From positions 7,501,360 to 7,565,359 of the forward strand of contig NC_043019.1 in assembly GCF_006345805.1 (NCBI RefSeq): a DNA stretch of 64,000 nucleotides. Direction: 5' to 3'. Positions 13,771 through 27,639 of this stretch are shown piece by piece. This DNA is from Octopus sinensis. Its lineage: Eukaryota. The translations under genes were made by a program, and so were the position numbers. Within the stretch, counting starts at the first letter, position 1. Each line of letters starts with the position of its first letter. Below the pieces are notes generated by a model. The model was not told the origin of the DNA, searched no databases, and was given only the letters and a program-made list of their open reading frames with translations.

Positions 13771-14254
13771 TCAATACCCATTTCGTATTAGTTTCTACAT
13801 CGCTTATGTAATGCGCATTAGCATAGAAAATGATAGTTACACAACATGATAAACTAAGAAAACGATGAAATTGTAGGAAGACTCGAAACCAATTACGTTC
13901 AACACTACACTTAACACAAATACACAATACGATCAAATACCTACGAATCACATTAATTATTGAACACAAAAATACAATGTATAATTATGAAAAATGAGGC
14001 AGACTTCGACGTTTGCGTGTTTTTTTATTTGTTTTTTTTTTGTAATGCATATACACTTATGTAGCCCTTTTCATGTTCTTACATACACACAAACATCAGA
14101 TATGTTTATTCACAAATATGTGTGCAAATCCGTATGTATGTGCATATGTATATATGTACGTATATGTTTATGTATATATATATATGTGCATGTATATAGA
14201 CAAACACACACTTATATTTAACTGTATAAGTGCATATTTATGTGTCTTTATATG

Positions 14255-14287
<33 letters not shown>

Positions 14288-14288
14288 T

Positions 14289-14358
<70 letters not shown>

Positions 14359-14442
14359 GAACATGATTCTGTGAATGTATATATGAATTTTATGTGTGTA
14401 CATAGATATGTATTTACACATATATATATATATATATTTATG

Positions 14443-14514
<72 letters not shown>

Positions 14515-14879
14515 GTATTCATTTAAATTTATTTTTTCTTATTATTATATAGTTAATGGGCTTCTGCCAAGATTTGTACCATTATTATTAATATATTTAT
14601 TGCGATTCCCTTTTTTATGAATTGCTTCTCCCTTGTGATATTTTCTGTTTTATTGCCTCTATGTAAGATATATAAATAATTAATACTGTCTAAAGCCAAT
14701 AATTTATTGAAATTATAAATAATATTTTGCAGTTCTTCTGTCTCTCATGTTTCGTGTCTTTCCTTGGTTCATTTTTCATTGTATCCGTATTTTCTTGTAT
14801 TCTGTTGTTGATACCTTTATTTGTTTGGTTGTATTACTACCTTCTTTAAAACAACTATCCATATATATATATATATATA

Positions 14880-15085
14880 TATAAGGAGAGTTTACGAAAA
14901 AAACAAAGGACGAAGACAGGTGGTGTACAAAACAAACAGATGTATTAGTATAACGCTCAGGAATAGAAAAAGTCTTTTACGCTTCGAGCCTACGCTCATC
15001 TACAGAAAGGGACACAGAAAAAGGCAAGAAAAGAAACAAGGAGAGAAAAAAATGTGTGTAGTGGCTAACGATCTATCATGGCGTC
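14880..15085 (-). repeat. Dispersed repeat (family P), homologous to 39320-39490, with a minimal hammerhead-like motif
   Basis: Shares TGTATTAG...TTCGAGCCTACGCTC(A/T)TC..CAGAAA with the 39.4-kb copy; bounded by (TA)n. Confidence 0.6.
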
Positions 15086-16034
15086 TATATATATATATAT
15101 AAGTGGAACAAAACGCAATAAAGGACAATAAAACATTCGAACAGATAGACGATACAAAGGCGGGCAGGAAGAACAGCAATTAGAAGCACAGGCAAAAACG
15201 ACGGGTCGTTCGAGGCCTTCTTTCCTGAGTCAAGTATACCAGAAGACCTTACCGTTTCGGCTAATTACGCTTGAGACAGTTCGATCTGGTTGCCCCCAAA
15301 ACATTCTAAGCTAAGAGCATCAGATTTTTTGGAAGAAAGCTAGCGAATGTGTACGGCAACACACATTAAATACATTAAAATATAGGAAATTGATCGATGG
15401 GTCGATGTTCAACGTAGATATTAAATGCACAATTTTCCACTAAGTTTCAATTTGTTCTCTGTGGAAGATTTCAGAGTCTGCTGTATTCTTTCCGTCCGTT
15501 TCTTTGAATCCATCTTTGGTGGAACTTGTCGAATTAGGTAACATGATGCGAAGTGCTTTGCGTCATGTTTACAGACAAAGAATGCATAAAATCCACAATC
15601 TAAACATTTTGTAATTTAAATCTGCAGCTCATGTTAGTGATTATTGAAACCGTTGCAATCGGGCACTGTATCTGATTGTGTATACGAAATACATCAGAAT
15701 AGGATTGACCAGCAGTAGATTGCAATTTTATTGGTTGTTCTGCAACATATTAGAAACCGTGTCAGACATTGATTTTATTTTTAGATGCAGAACCTATCAT
15801 ATGTTCAGATTACAGAAGTCATTATTTCCAAATCAAACTTATCGTTCCTTCCAAATGCATTCAGCATGGAAAGATTTCATTATCAATGACTTTTATTTGG
15901 TTTTGATGAATAAATGTATGAGATTATAAGTTATATCACAATTTGGGGCAGAGAATGAGAAAACCTATCATTTCAGAAATAAATTGACTTCGTACATAAA
16001 ATTCTGTTGAATTAAGAAAAAGCTTTTGGCTTTA

Positions 16035-16442
16035 AGCGTGGCTGTGTGGTAAGAAGTTCGCATCATGACTGATACCATATGGTTTCGTATTCAGTCTCAC
16101 TGCGTGACAGCTTAGGCAAATGCCTTCTTCGGTAGCCACAGGCTGAGAAAAGCTTTGTGAGCAGATTTGATAGAAGGAAACTGAAAGAAACCCGGAGTGC
16201 ATATATGTGCATGTGTGTTTGTACGCTTGCATATCTGTCGCTGTGTTAGTCCCTTACCACCGCTTGACAATTGATGTTGGTGTGTTTATATCCCTGTAAC
16301 TTAGCGGTTCGGCGAAAGAACCGATCGAATAAGGACCAGACTTTAAAAAAAACAAAAGGACTTGTATCGTTTCGTTTCACTAAAATTCTTTAAAGTAGTG
16401 CCCCAGCATGACCGCAGTCTAATGGCTGAAATAAGTAACAGA
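16035..16442 (+). mobile_element. SINE family B, diverged full-length copy
   Basis: GTGGCTGTGTGGTAAGAAG head, GGAAACTGAAAGAAACCC, CGCTTGACAATTGATGTTGGTGTGTTTA, CCCAGCATGACCGCAGTC tail. Confidence 0.85.
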
Positions 16443-17228
16443 TGTTTTAATTCATACCTGCTACAGAAAGTTTAATTCCTACATTTTGAATCTCTTGTTG
16501 AATCCCCTAAATTAAAGCAGCCATTTTATTTCCTTTCAGATACAAAAAGGAAAAAAACGGGTGATCTATCTTCAGGATAAACACACAAGCTTTGCGATAG
16601 GGAAGGTCTTTTGATGTTTACGTGAGATACCAAATATTATTGGCGACATCATACGATTCTCTGAGTTCAACAAGATATTTTTATTCACTATAATTTCCAG
16701 ATAAATTTTTTGTAGATGTAAAGCAAAAATTTCTTTTTGTGCATATTAAATTCGATTCCAAATAACTAAGATGATATTTCCACAGATTACTGAAAATTAT
16801 GGATAAACACCTTGAATTTAGGGAGCGGATTATTTCCTATGTTAGTAAGAGAATTTAAAACAGAAAATTTAATATTCAGTAAAAGAAGAGAAATATTCCA
16901 GCTTCATGTTGGAAAAGTTGGAATCGGGAATGGTTTACTGCTTCTAACTACATCACTATTACCGTGTTTATTCATCTGTCTATGCTGTTGTCAAAATATT
17001 TTCTTTATGAACTTTGAATATAGGATAAGATTCGCGAGAAGATGAAGACATCCAACCAGACTCTATTTTGGACATACAAGTTGCGGCTGCCGCTGCTCCG
17101 CACACACACCTATGCCCGTATGTATGCCTTTCTCTTTCTCTCTCCTTCTCTCTCTTTATGTATACATATATATACATATATGTGTACGCACGTGTGCATG
17201 TGTATATATATAATTACATAATATTATA

Positions 17229-17645
17229 CAGGGTGCATCAATTATTTGAAGACAGATTTATGTTTATAAAGAAATAGATATATAATAGCAAATAATAAAC
17301 TTTATCAAAAAATGTTATGACGATAAAGATAAACCTCCTTTTCTATAATGTTTTTCAATAAAGCCACTTTCAGCTTCAACAACTGCTTCTATATGAGATC
17401 TAAATCCTCTACATGCTCGAATCAAGTGGTCCTTGTTCATTTTAGACATTTCTCTGACTATGGCAGCTTTCAAAGAATCTTTGGTGTTATGAGCGTGTTC
17501 ATTGACCTCTCTCTCAACAACGCTCCTCATGTAATAGTCCAATAGATTGAGATCTGAGGAATTAGGAGGTCAGATGTTCGGGGTTATGTGATCATGAAAA
17601 TGTTCAGCCATCCATGAAGAGGAAGCTGTTTTGGAGTCCCAAGAG
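17229..17645 (-). pseudogene. Decayed Tc1/mariner transposase C-terminus (maT/DD37D-like) with right TIR
   Basis: Minus strand WMAEHFHDHITPNI*PPNSSDLNLLDYYMRSVVEREVNEHAHNTKDSLKAAIV...RACRGFRSHIEAVVEAESGFIEK; terminus TA|CAGGGTG at 17227-17235. Confidence 0.85.
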
Positions 17646-19142
17646 ACAAAGTATTACTGAGAGAGAGAGAGAGAGAGTATGGAATAGAAACACTGGGAAT
17701 CGCCTTTTATTCTTTTATTTGTTTCAATCATTTGACTGCGGCCATGCTGGAACACTACCTTTACGTCTTTTTGAGCACGACTTACGTTTTTTATTATTTT
17801 TTTCGCTTTACTTCTGTTCGTTTATTTGAAATGTTTATTTATTTGCACTGACTTTGTATATATATATATATATATGGACAAACATACGTAAAGTGATAGT
17901 CATACAAAAATATATTCATGCAAAATTGTTTCGATTAAATACCAACGAGACTTAAATAGGTATTTAGCTCGATAAATCCACGAAAGCCGGTTCCCAATAT
18001 TTGCCGAAGTCAAATGACAGAAATTAAGTTCATAAAAATAAAAGTATGCACGTATGTATACGAGCGTGAGAGTTGTGTGTGTGTGTGTGCGCGCGTGAAC
18101 GTGTGTGCATATACGTGTGTGAGAGAAAAGGGACAGATAGGGATAGATCAGGCATTTATTCTAACAGATTGATGAGTAGCTGGACAAAAATATAGAGTCG
18201 CGTATTAAGTTAAATAATCAATAGGTGAGTCAATCGGCACATACACACACACATACATACATACAAACGGACAGGCAGGTAAATAGATAGGTAACTGGAT
18301 AGATACGTGCGTGCGTGCGTGAGTGCGTATGTATGTATGTATGTATTATGTAGGTTAGTATGAATATAAAAGGATAAATAGAAAGATAGATATACATTCA
18401 TATACACACAAATGCAAACACATACATCCATATATACATACATACATGATACATACATATATTCATATATACAAACATAAACACAAATGTGTGCGTGTGT
18501 GTATGTGTTTATAAAGAAATCACTGATGAGAACCTAATAAGTTTCGAAAATCTATCTATCTAACTATCTATCTATTTGTTTGTCTATCAGCCTCAGGTCT
18601 GAAACATAAAAGAATTATAGAATATATATATATGTATATACACACATAGATACACATACATATACACGTACACATGTGCATACACGCACAAACATACATA
18701 CATAGATACATGTACATACTCTTGCCATCAATCTAAATCTATGTTAACATACACTTTCTCTGCAAACAATCAATGTAAACACAGTTACTCATTGAACTCC
18801 TCCTGCTGAAATATTTTTCTTGCGTTTATTTTTCTCTCTCATCCATCAATTATTCCAATGTTGTATTCTCGTAACACATTTTATAGTTTTCCGATAATTT
18901 TAATAAATATTCATTAAAGATATTTTAGGGGAGCTGAGAAAAATTCCAATTTTATATATTTATTTATTTGAAATTACATTTTTAAGGGAGATTTTATTAA
19001 CTTAATTACTAAACTAGTTTCCGCTTTATTATATTTTTGCCAAACTTTTGCATTCTTGATTTATGTATAATTTTTTTTAAAGTTTGTGTTCATATATATG
19101 TATACTTATACAGATATACTCTCTCTCTCTCTCTCTCGCATA

Positions 19143-19182
<40 letters not shown>

Positions 19183-19401
19183 CACACACAAATACATACA
19201 TATATGCATACATACACACACAAGTTATCGATTGTTCGATAATTCTGTTTCAATATTCTTGTTTAGCAAAGTTTAGGTTTTTTTAGGAGTTTTAAGGAAC
19301 CTTTTTTTTACGAAAATTCACACGAAAATGTGTGTTTAAATTTGGGGACCCAAATGAGAGTGGTTAATGGATACGCATAAAATGTATAATTATTGAATGT
19401 T

Positions 19402-19441
<40 letters not shown>

Positions 19442-19484
19442 ATATATATATTATATATGCTGTATGTGTTAGATTGTGTTAATT

Positions 19485-19525
<41 letters not shown>

Positions 19526-19849
19526 CGTTGTATAAAATGTATAACACTGATGTTGCTATGGTTTTAACAGAGTAAGAAGAGAGTGGTAGAATGTGAAGTA
19601 GATTGTGTAAATGAAAATCAGATGAGATATTGAGGGAGAGGAAAATTTGTGAGAGATTTAAAGCGAGATGGAGATTATAAAGTGAGTGAATTAAACGGAA
19701 AGAGAAGGGTATAGAAGTCGGGATTAATGTAGTGAGATGTTCAAAGAGACAGAGAGACGCTGCGAGAGGGTGTGAATGTATGTGTATTTATTCCAGACAG
19801 AAGATAGTTGGAAGTATAAGGATAGGGACATAATAGAAGAAGGGATATC

Positions 19850-19928
<79 letters not shown>

Positions 19929-20547
19929 ACGATAACACCAATAGTCGAAGTTATTAAAACAAAATCTAAGGCAAGGTCTCAAACAAAAGAACTAGAATTA
20001 CCATTCTATAAGAAAATTTCCGGAAATCAACGCAGATTTCAGGAGAAACAAAGAAGGGAAAGATATTTCAGAAATTAAGGTCACAGGAGAAAAACCACGC
20101 ACAAAAAAACAAAAAAAAAACAGAACGGTAAATATTGATGAAATTTACAACAAAGTGAAAATCAGATCAAATATTTCAAACATTATGAGCTGAGATATAC
20201 AAAGTTTTATGACCCTAAACCCAACGAAACTAAGCAAACCAAGTGACACTGCATAAAAGACTTAGTTTTGGAAGCATTTGAAGTGTATTAACCTCTGGTG
20301 GTGCAGTTCTAGGTTCGGTCCAAATTCACAAACTCTCGTTCGTAGACATTTCACATGTTTTTTTGAGGTCGACTATCGAGAACACTGGTTCTCAAACGCA
20401 CTATATTTGGCCCTAGGCGCTCCATATAAGATTTTGTTGTCAAACTTTCTGTGCAACAAATTGCATTTCTACAATCGACAAAATGTTAAAAAAATTTTTT
20501 ATATAATTTCAAATATTTGCTTATTAATCTACTGTAGCTTACATATA

Positions 20548-20638
<91 letters not shown>

Positions 20639-20640
20639 AT

Positions 20641-20770
20641 ATTTATTATATAGAAGGAGCTTCTACAGGACTAGAACTATTTCATTCAAGAGAAATCTTC
20701 AGGAGCTCCTGAAGATTTCTCTTGAATGAAACAGTTCTAGTCCTGTAGAAGCTCCTTCTATATAATAAAT
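20641..20770. repeat. Near-perfect 130-bp palindrome containing a degenerate hammerhead-like core
   Basis: 65-bp arms, one mismatch, no spacer, axis AGGAG|CTCCT at 20705/20706; CTGAAGA at 20709-20715 and GAAAC at 20728-20732. Confidence 0.9.
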
Positions 20771-20836
20771 TAATTTTACTCTGCTATGTATTGAGTACCT
20801 TATTTACTGTGGTTAACCCCGAATCAACCCGGGACC

Positions 20837-20877
<41 letters not shown>

Positions 20878-22087
20878 TTATATATATACACACACACTGA
20901 AAATAAGGGTAGAAAATTTGGCAAGATTTTCATACCGGTGGCTAGCAAGCGTAATAAAGTCAATATACTATAAAATTTGTTTTTCCTTCTCTTTGAAATT
21001 GCTTTTATTTATGGTTTGAGTTTTGACTGCCTTTTCTAGCATGTAAGATGTCCTGTCAAATGCCATGTCTTACGTGTTTAAATATTGTTTGTACAATATA
21101 TATATATATATATACATACTCTGCCATTTATACCCGAAGCCATCAATGTTTGAACAGACCAAATATCAAAACGTTTCCACTATGGCACAAAGCCGCGAAC
21201 AAGGGGACCAACAACGTCACTATCAGTGTGTCTAGCAGTCATATCTCTATATTTCGTTTCTTCATGTTCTGATGCACGTTTGTGACACTTCAGCACTGCA
21301 TATCTCTTCAACTCGTCTACAGTAAAAACCATCTCATTCTTTCCTTTCGTTTTCTTCTTCTTTTGTTTATTCTTTTTCTTCTTCTCCTTCTGCTCGTTTT
21401 CTTCTGCTTCTTCCTTTTCTCCTCTTACTTTCTCACTTCTCCCTTTCGTTCCTTTCTCCTTCTCCTTTTCCCCCTTCTGCTTCTTCCTTTTTTTCTCCGT
21501 TTCTCCTCTCTCCTTTTCATCCCATTCTCCTTCTTCATTTTCTTTCCCTTCAACTCCTCCTCCTTCTGCCTTGCCGTCTTGTCTCTCTAGACCCTTTACT
21601 GCAATAATTCAGAAACGGAACTGCATCACTCTGATTCGTCCTGAGAATTCCCTTAAAAGTACACATCACTGCCGAAATACCCAGTCACTTTTACGTTAAT
21701 TTCATGAGAAAATATTCAGGCGACAGAACAGCTGACCATCCAAGAGGCCAGCAGAGAATCTATTAGCAATCAGATATAACCACAACCGCATCAACAGGAT
21801 GAGGACGAATATCACAAGTACAAGCAAAAAAACAACAACAACAATAACGCCAGATTGTAATATTACATGAATAAACATAAATTGTTAGAAATTCTCAACA
21901 GATATATGTTTATTTATTAACGACAGAAGGTAATAAATTCTGGTATAAATCAGAAGAGTTGAGAAATGATATGTTTAATTCATTTGCTCATTATAACATT
22001 TGATTCTTGCGTTGTTCTATTCTCTTGGTTCCGTTGAGATGCTCGCGATACGGTTGGGTGTGGTTTTAGGTATGAACATAGATGCGT

Positions 22088-22159
22088 GGCACTTGGTCGG
22101 TTACGACGACGTGGGTTCCAGTTGATCCGATCGACGGAACAGCCTGCTCGTGAAATTAA
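22088..22159 (-). mobile_element. SINE family C 3' tail
   Basis: Reverse complement TTAATTTCACGAGCAGGCTGTTCCGTCGATCGGATCAACTGGAACCCACGTCGTCGTAACCGAC matches the tail of 39555-39880. Confidence 0.7.
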
Positions 22160-23067
22160 GGTGATAGAATGATAGAATTGTAGTTGTGGGTGGGCCACTT
22201 TGTACTTACGAGTGAGCCCCCTTGTAGTTGCGGGGAGACCCCTTATAATGCTGGTCGTTCCCCTTAGTCTTCTGGCAACCAATATTTTTAGACCCAGTCC
22301 GCCTCTGCTTGTAGCTGCTTTCATTTTTATTTAAACCGAACCTATCCATGTTTCAGCATACCACTAATCAAAGCGTTCCAATCATGACCACTCCACTCTT
22401 CAGTCATAGTAAACCATTTTAGGAATATTACGCAACATGTTCCTTGAATTCTCCTTCCTTCCCAAGCCCTATTGACTTTTAGTTACAACTGAAAACATGA
22501 GACCATTGAAAATGACAATATTAAACCTTTTCAATTACACTTCTTATGAGGGGATTGCACGATGTTTCTACTCATATAATTTCCCTAAATCGGTTTACGT
22601 GGGCGGATGGCGAAATGCTTTGGCCAAAGCACTTGCTCAACTTTCCACGCTCTGAGAATGAACCTAAAGATTCTTCGTACTTTGTGAAGTTCTCAATCAA
22701 CCATGTCATATAATATATACATGTCATATACATTTCAATATACGCCATTACACACACACAGGCGCTACACATAACCCTCTATGTATACATGTGTGTTTGT
22801 GTGTGCGTGCGTATGTAGCAAGAGATAGATAGATAATATATACACACATGAAAGTATACATATATGTGTGTGTGTGTGTGTGTGTGTCTTCTGTCTGTGT
22901 GTGTCCGTGTGTATGTAACGAGATATAGATAGAATATTATCGATCGATAAATACATACATACATACGTAGATGAAGGTACATGTGTTGTGTGTGTGTGTG
23001 TTTACGTATACCTATGTATGCACATATATATGTATACTTACGTACATGCATATATAATCACCTGCAC

Positions 23068-23112
<45 letters not shown>

Positions 23113-23600
23113 TGTATGTACGAAAGTACGTATGCACGCACATACATATTTACGTATGAATGTATATATATATATATATATATATAAATTCATCGCTTTA
23201 TATTTAGACAAAGAGATAAGAAACCTATCAATCTCCTATTCTAGAATTTATTTCCAGTCTTGTGAATTGTCGATTCCCTGAGGAATTCTCATGGCAAAAG
23301 ATATTTTTCTATAAATGCCGCACACAACATTGTGACCTTTGTTACTTGTCAACCGTGAAAATGGGATACGATATCCATCAAGACCTCAGTCGCTCTCCTT
23401 TCGGCTGCCACAATATGTAAAAGTGTGTGTGTGTATGTATGTGTGTGTGTGTGCTTGTATGTGTATGTGTGCCTGTATAAATGTATGTATATGTATACAT
23501 GTCTATAAATAGGAAAGAGACAAAGATGCAGCCAAAAACATAATCGCAAACTCACAAACATGCACACACACACAAGCGCATAAACATATGTGCGTGTGTT

Positions 23601-23632
<32 letters not shown>

Positions 23633-23695
23633 ATATATATGACAGACAAACAGATAGATCGATTGAGATATATATATATATACACATATACACAC

Positions 23696-23734
<39 letters not shown>

Positions 23735-25010
23735 TAGAAAGACATATATATCGATAGACAGATACATAACTATATATATACACACACACACATATACATA
23801 TATATATATATATATACACACACACATACATATGGAAACAAATGTTTACAGCTGTGTTTGCGTACGTGTGCGTTTGATTGTATATGTATATTCATACACA
23901 AAGATGGAGAAATACACACACACAAACGAACACACATACACAAACATATACATACATATATATACATACATACATACATACGAGAAAATTTGGCAGTAAG
24001 CCTCGAGTCTAAATTATAAGCGATGGTTTTATTAACAAACGGTAAAAACAGTAAAAAGAGAGAGAGAGAGAGAGAGAGTAAATGACCCAGATCTTAAGAA
24101 TATATGACGTTCTTTAATTATATAATGCTATATATAGTGACTTCACGCCGACACAGCAGATATTTCCTTCAATTTATTATGAGATAAATTTTAATTCTAT
24201 GATTAATGCTGTTTTATGGACTCCTGGAAGGTGAAAGACAATCAGCTTAAAGACGATTTGAAATATGATCACACAGCAGTGAAAATAGCGTGAGGTGTAC
24301 AATAAGTCCCTGAAACTATTTTGCCATTCACTACTTTGTGGAGAACCGATCCAGTGTGTGAAGTGAATCTCCGCTGATTCGTATTTGGGTATTGTATCGT
24401 AGAGTCAGATGTGGCGGTCAAATACGGAAGGAGAAACTAATATTGTTGCAGCAAAAGTGACATTGCCTTTCCCACGTAAAATAGTGGTATGATCCAGCCA
24501 CTATAATGTCAGTCAATCAGCCGTGGATGGTAGGAGGTCAGTAGTAGTAGAGTCGTTGTACGAGTTCTCAGTTGAAGTCAGTGTGTGTTACGGGATATAT
24601 ACGAGTTCGAGTTACCGTCAAGGTAGACGTCTTAAAGTCATTGTCTGACGGAACTGTCAGCGATAGCAGAATAAACGAGTCAAAGATAACAAGACACGGA
24701 ATACCGCCACAACAAGAATATTACAGCGCCGACAACAACAGACAAGTGGACGAGGATCCACATTATAAGAAATATCCTTTGAATAATACCGAATGGATTT
24801 AACAATGTAATATCCAGACGAATATTAAGGGTCGCACGTATATGGTGTATCTGCATTTGTTCTGTTTAATCACTTATTTACAGCGGAAAACGTTTTAAAA
24901 ACTGGGATACTATTAGAGATCATTACGAAGTTTGTGAGCTGCAATACTTAAACACGCGTATACACACATACATGGATATACATATATGGATGTATACGTA
25001 TATAAGTATA

Positions 25011-25046
<36 letters not shown>

Positions 25047-25059
25047 TATATATTCTTAT

Positions 25060-25195
25060 ATTATTTTAATTGTTTGTCATTTGCACCACGACCATGCTGG
25101 AGCACCGCCTTTAGTCGGGAAAATCTACCCCAGGACTTATTCTTTGTAAGCGCAGTACTTATCCTTTTGCCGAACCGCTAAGTTACGGGGAAACT
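25060..25195 (-). mobile_element. SINE family B 3' part
   Basis: CCATGCTGGAGCACCGCCTTTAGTCG...GGACTTATTCTTTGTAAG...GCCGAACCGCTAAGTTACGGGG is the reverse complement of the family B tail. Confidence 0.85.
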
Positions 25196-26576
25196 CATTG
25201 AGAGACGTATTGAATTTTAAAGCACAGCATACACTCAAAAATAGACGAAACGAAATTACCCGAGAAGTCAAAGAGTGAGAGACATCGGTATTTAGTACCG
25301 CACAATCCTCCACTTTATGCCTTGAAAGGAGTTTCCCTTGGACGGAGTACTGCAACTGAGGACCGTTTACTAATAGACATGCATTAATTATGTGATGTAA
25401 ATAATGTTTACAATCCTTCGCTGCTTCCAGCGAAAGTGAAGCATAGATATACCTCAAAATATTTGTTAATGCTGGAGAATTTTCAGCCAAAGCTACTGCG
25501 ACTATTTTTTACAAACTCAGTTGAGAGTAGCAGATTGTGACATAAATGGTTTGGTGTTAGGGAAATTTAAAAGGATAGCAGGTATCTTGCAACACAACAG
25601 GCCAAACCCCACAGCTTATGCATTTCTTAAAGTAAGCGATAGAATTTTAAAGCGTCTGTGGTATAGAGAACTATGTTCTGATAAACGGGTAAACGAATCC
25701 CTTACGAACCGAAATTAAGACAGCAATAGTGTCTTAAATTTGCTCTGAGAAGGTAAAAAAAAACATAAAACAGATAAGAATTATGTTGTAAGTTGGCAAA
25801 ATGCAATTCATAGGGCATCTCAGTACTTCCATTTTCAGGAGCAAAATATTCTGAAACAGAGAAAATTGCAATGAGATGCAAGGAAATAAATGCCATAGAT
25901 ATCAATATTCCCTTTATATGTTCGACTTGAAATAGAGTTTATCTTTCTAAGGTTGGTTTTGGAAGTCACTGGAGGCTGCGAGAACAAAAGCAGACCAACA
26001 ATAAATCTTCGCTACCTCAAACAACATGTGTCTGCGAGTTATCTGTGAAACGTGAACTTCCTTTTGGTGATCTGAACGGCCAAAGCCAATTGCGATTATT
26101 TCTATTGAACTTACTTGTAAAGAAAGGATTTATGTATCGGTTCTGGTAAAAGGTGCCAAACTTGAGTTGGGAAAAAGAACTTCGATTCTGTAGCTCAAAC
26201 ACAGGCATTGGTTATGCTCCGTACATACACACACACATATATATATATATATCAAAATAAGCAACAAGGATATTTTGATTTTTATCACGTTATTTTGAAA
26301 TTGTATTGGATAATATACTAAATTCTGGTGCCTCAACTTAAGTACCATATTCATCTGAATTAAAATTTTTTACTGAACTCATCTATATGTATAACTGCTT
26401 CACCTCAACGGTAGCTGCTCTCTTTAACATCTCAAGAAGAAACCTGGCGGAAGACAAAGGTATCTTTATATTTAAACGGTTCCTAGATAAACATCTCCAC
26501 AGAATACACACACACACATGAATATAAATACATCCGTATATATACATGTACAAATATATGTGTGTGTGTGTGATCA

Positions 26577-26609
<33 letters not shown>

Positions 26610-26625
26610 TGTATGTATGTATGTG

Positions 26626-26671
<46 letters not shown>

Positions 26672-27639
26672 CGTGTGTGCGTATCTATATATACATATAC
26701 GAAGTTTGTTATTTCTTCCATTTCTTCCTTTGTAAATAAATAACTGTTTCGTATCGACCATTCTAGCGAACAAAAACTTGGTGAAACTTCATGGAACATC
26801 GCCGAAGTTTTTGGTGCAAGAATACAAATTGCAATGTTAAAGTGAAAATGAAAGTTAATACATGATAAACATGGAGCATAGCATTCTACCATTGTGGCTG
26901 GTAATTCCACAGATCTTTTGTGTGAGAACTAATTTGCCATCGTTGATGATTTCTTACGCCAAAATCTATTAATAATTTACAGGAATCAACAGAGTGAAAA
27001 TGCTGCCGGAGAATATTGCTGATTGGAATGTTAACCTTTGCAAATTGTTGCAACGCAAAAATATGACACACGGAATGAATATTCGCCGACGCCATAGTCT
27101 TTAGTGTGTGTGTGTGTGTGTGTGTGCTTCCTCACACATGTGTATGAGTGCCTGTGCGTGTCTTTGCGAGAGAAAGAGAGAGACGCGTATTCCTCTGTGA
27201 CACAATGTGTTGGTCTACTTATTTCTCTGTTCCACTCTCTCTAAATTTATCATTCTCTCTTAATGTTTTCTATGTATGTATGTATGTATGTATCTACCTA
27301 TCTATCTATCTATCTATCTACCTATCTATCTATCTATCTGTCTGTCTGTGTATCTCTCTGTGTGTCTTTCTATTTCTCAGCTTGTCTGGCCGACTGTCAC
27401 TGTCTTTCTGTCTGTTTATCTATCCGTCTGCTTATCTCTCTCTCTCTCTCTCTCTCTCCTTGTCTGTATGTTTGTTTTTTAGTTTGTCTGACCAACCATC
27501 ACTTTGTCTTCTTGTCTATCTATCCGTCCATCTATCTATATATCTATCTGTCTATCTATCCCTTTAATTCCATGTTTCTCTGACTCTGGCCAACATTTCT
27601 CTCAACATTTCTTTCAACATTTCGTTTTTCATTTCACAT

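Noticed and set aside
15400-15960. Non-repetitive Cys-containing reading frames on the minus strand
   Set aside because: Interrupted by stops with no recognisable domain; cannot be assigned without a search.
16524-16577. Minus-strand CTGAAGA...GAAA with a partial stem II
   Set aside because: No helix III or NUH site; probably a chance match in AT-rich DNA.
18521-18550. CTGATGA-GAAC..GTTTC-GAAA motif on the plus strand
   Set aside because: No helix III, cleavage triplet or stem I follows; it runs into a (TCTA)n microsatellite.
20075-20530. TTAA|GG-starting segment reminiscent of a Kolobok-type non-autonomous DNA transposon
   Set aside because: I could not find the matching right terminus or second TTAA, so the call is unsupported.
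21720-21870. Apparent similarity to 24700-24810 and to the minus strand near 50700-50800, with hydrophobic antisense frames
   Set aside because: The matches are short and explained by shared (CAA/ACA)n-derived low complexity; there is no alignable homology or splice context.
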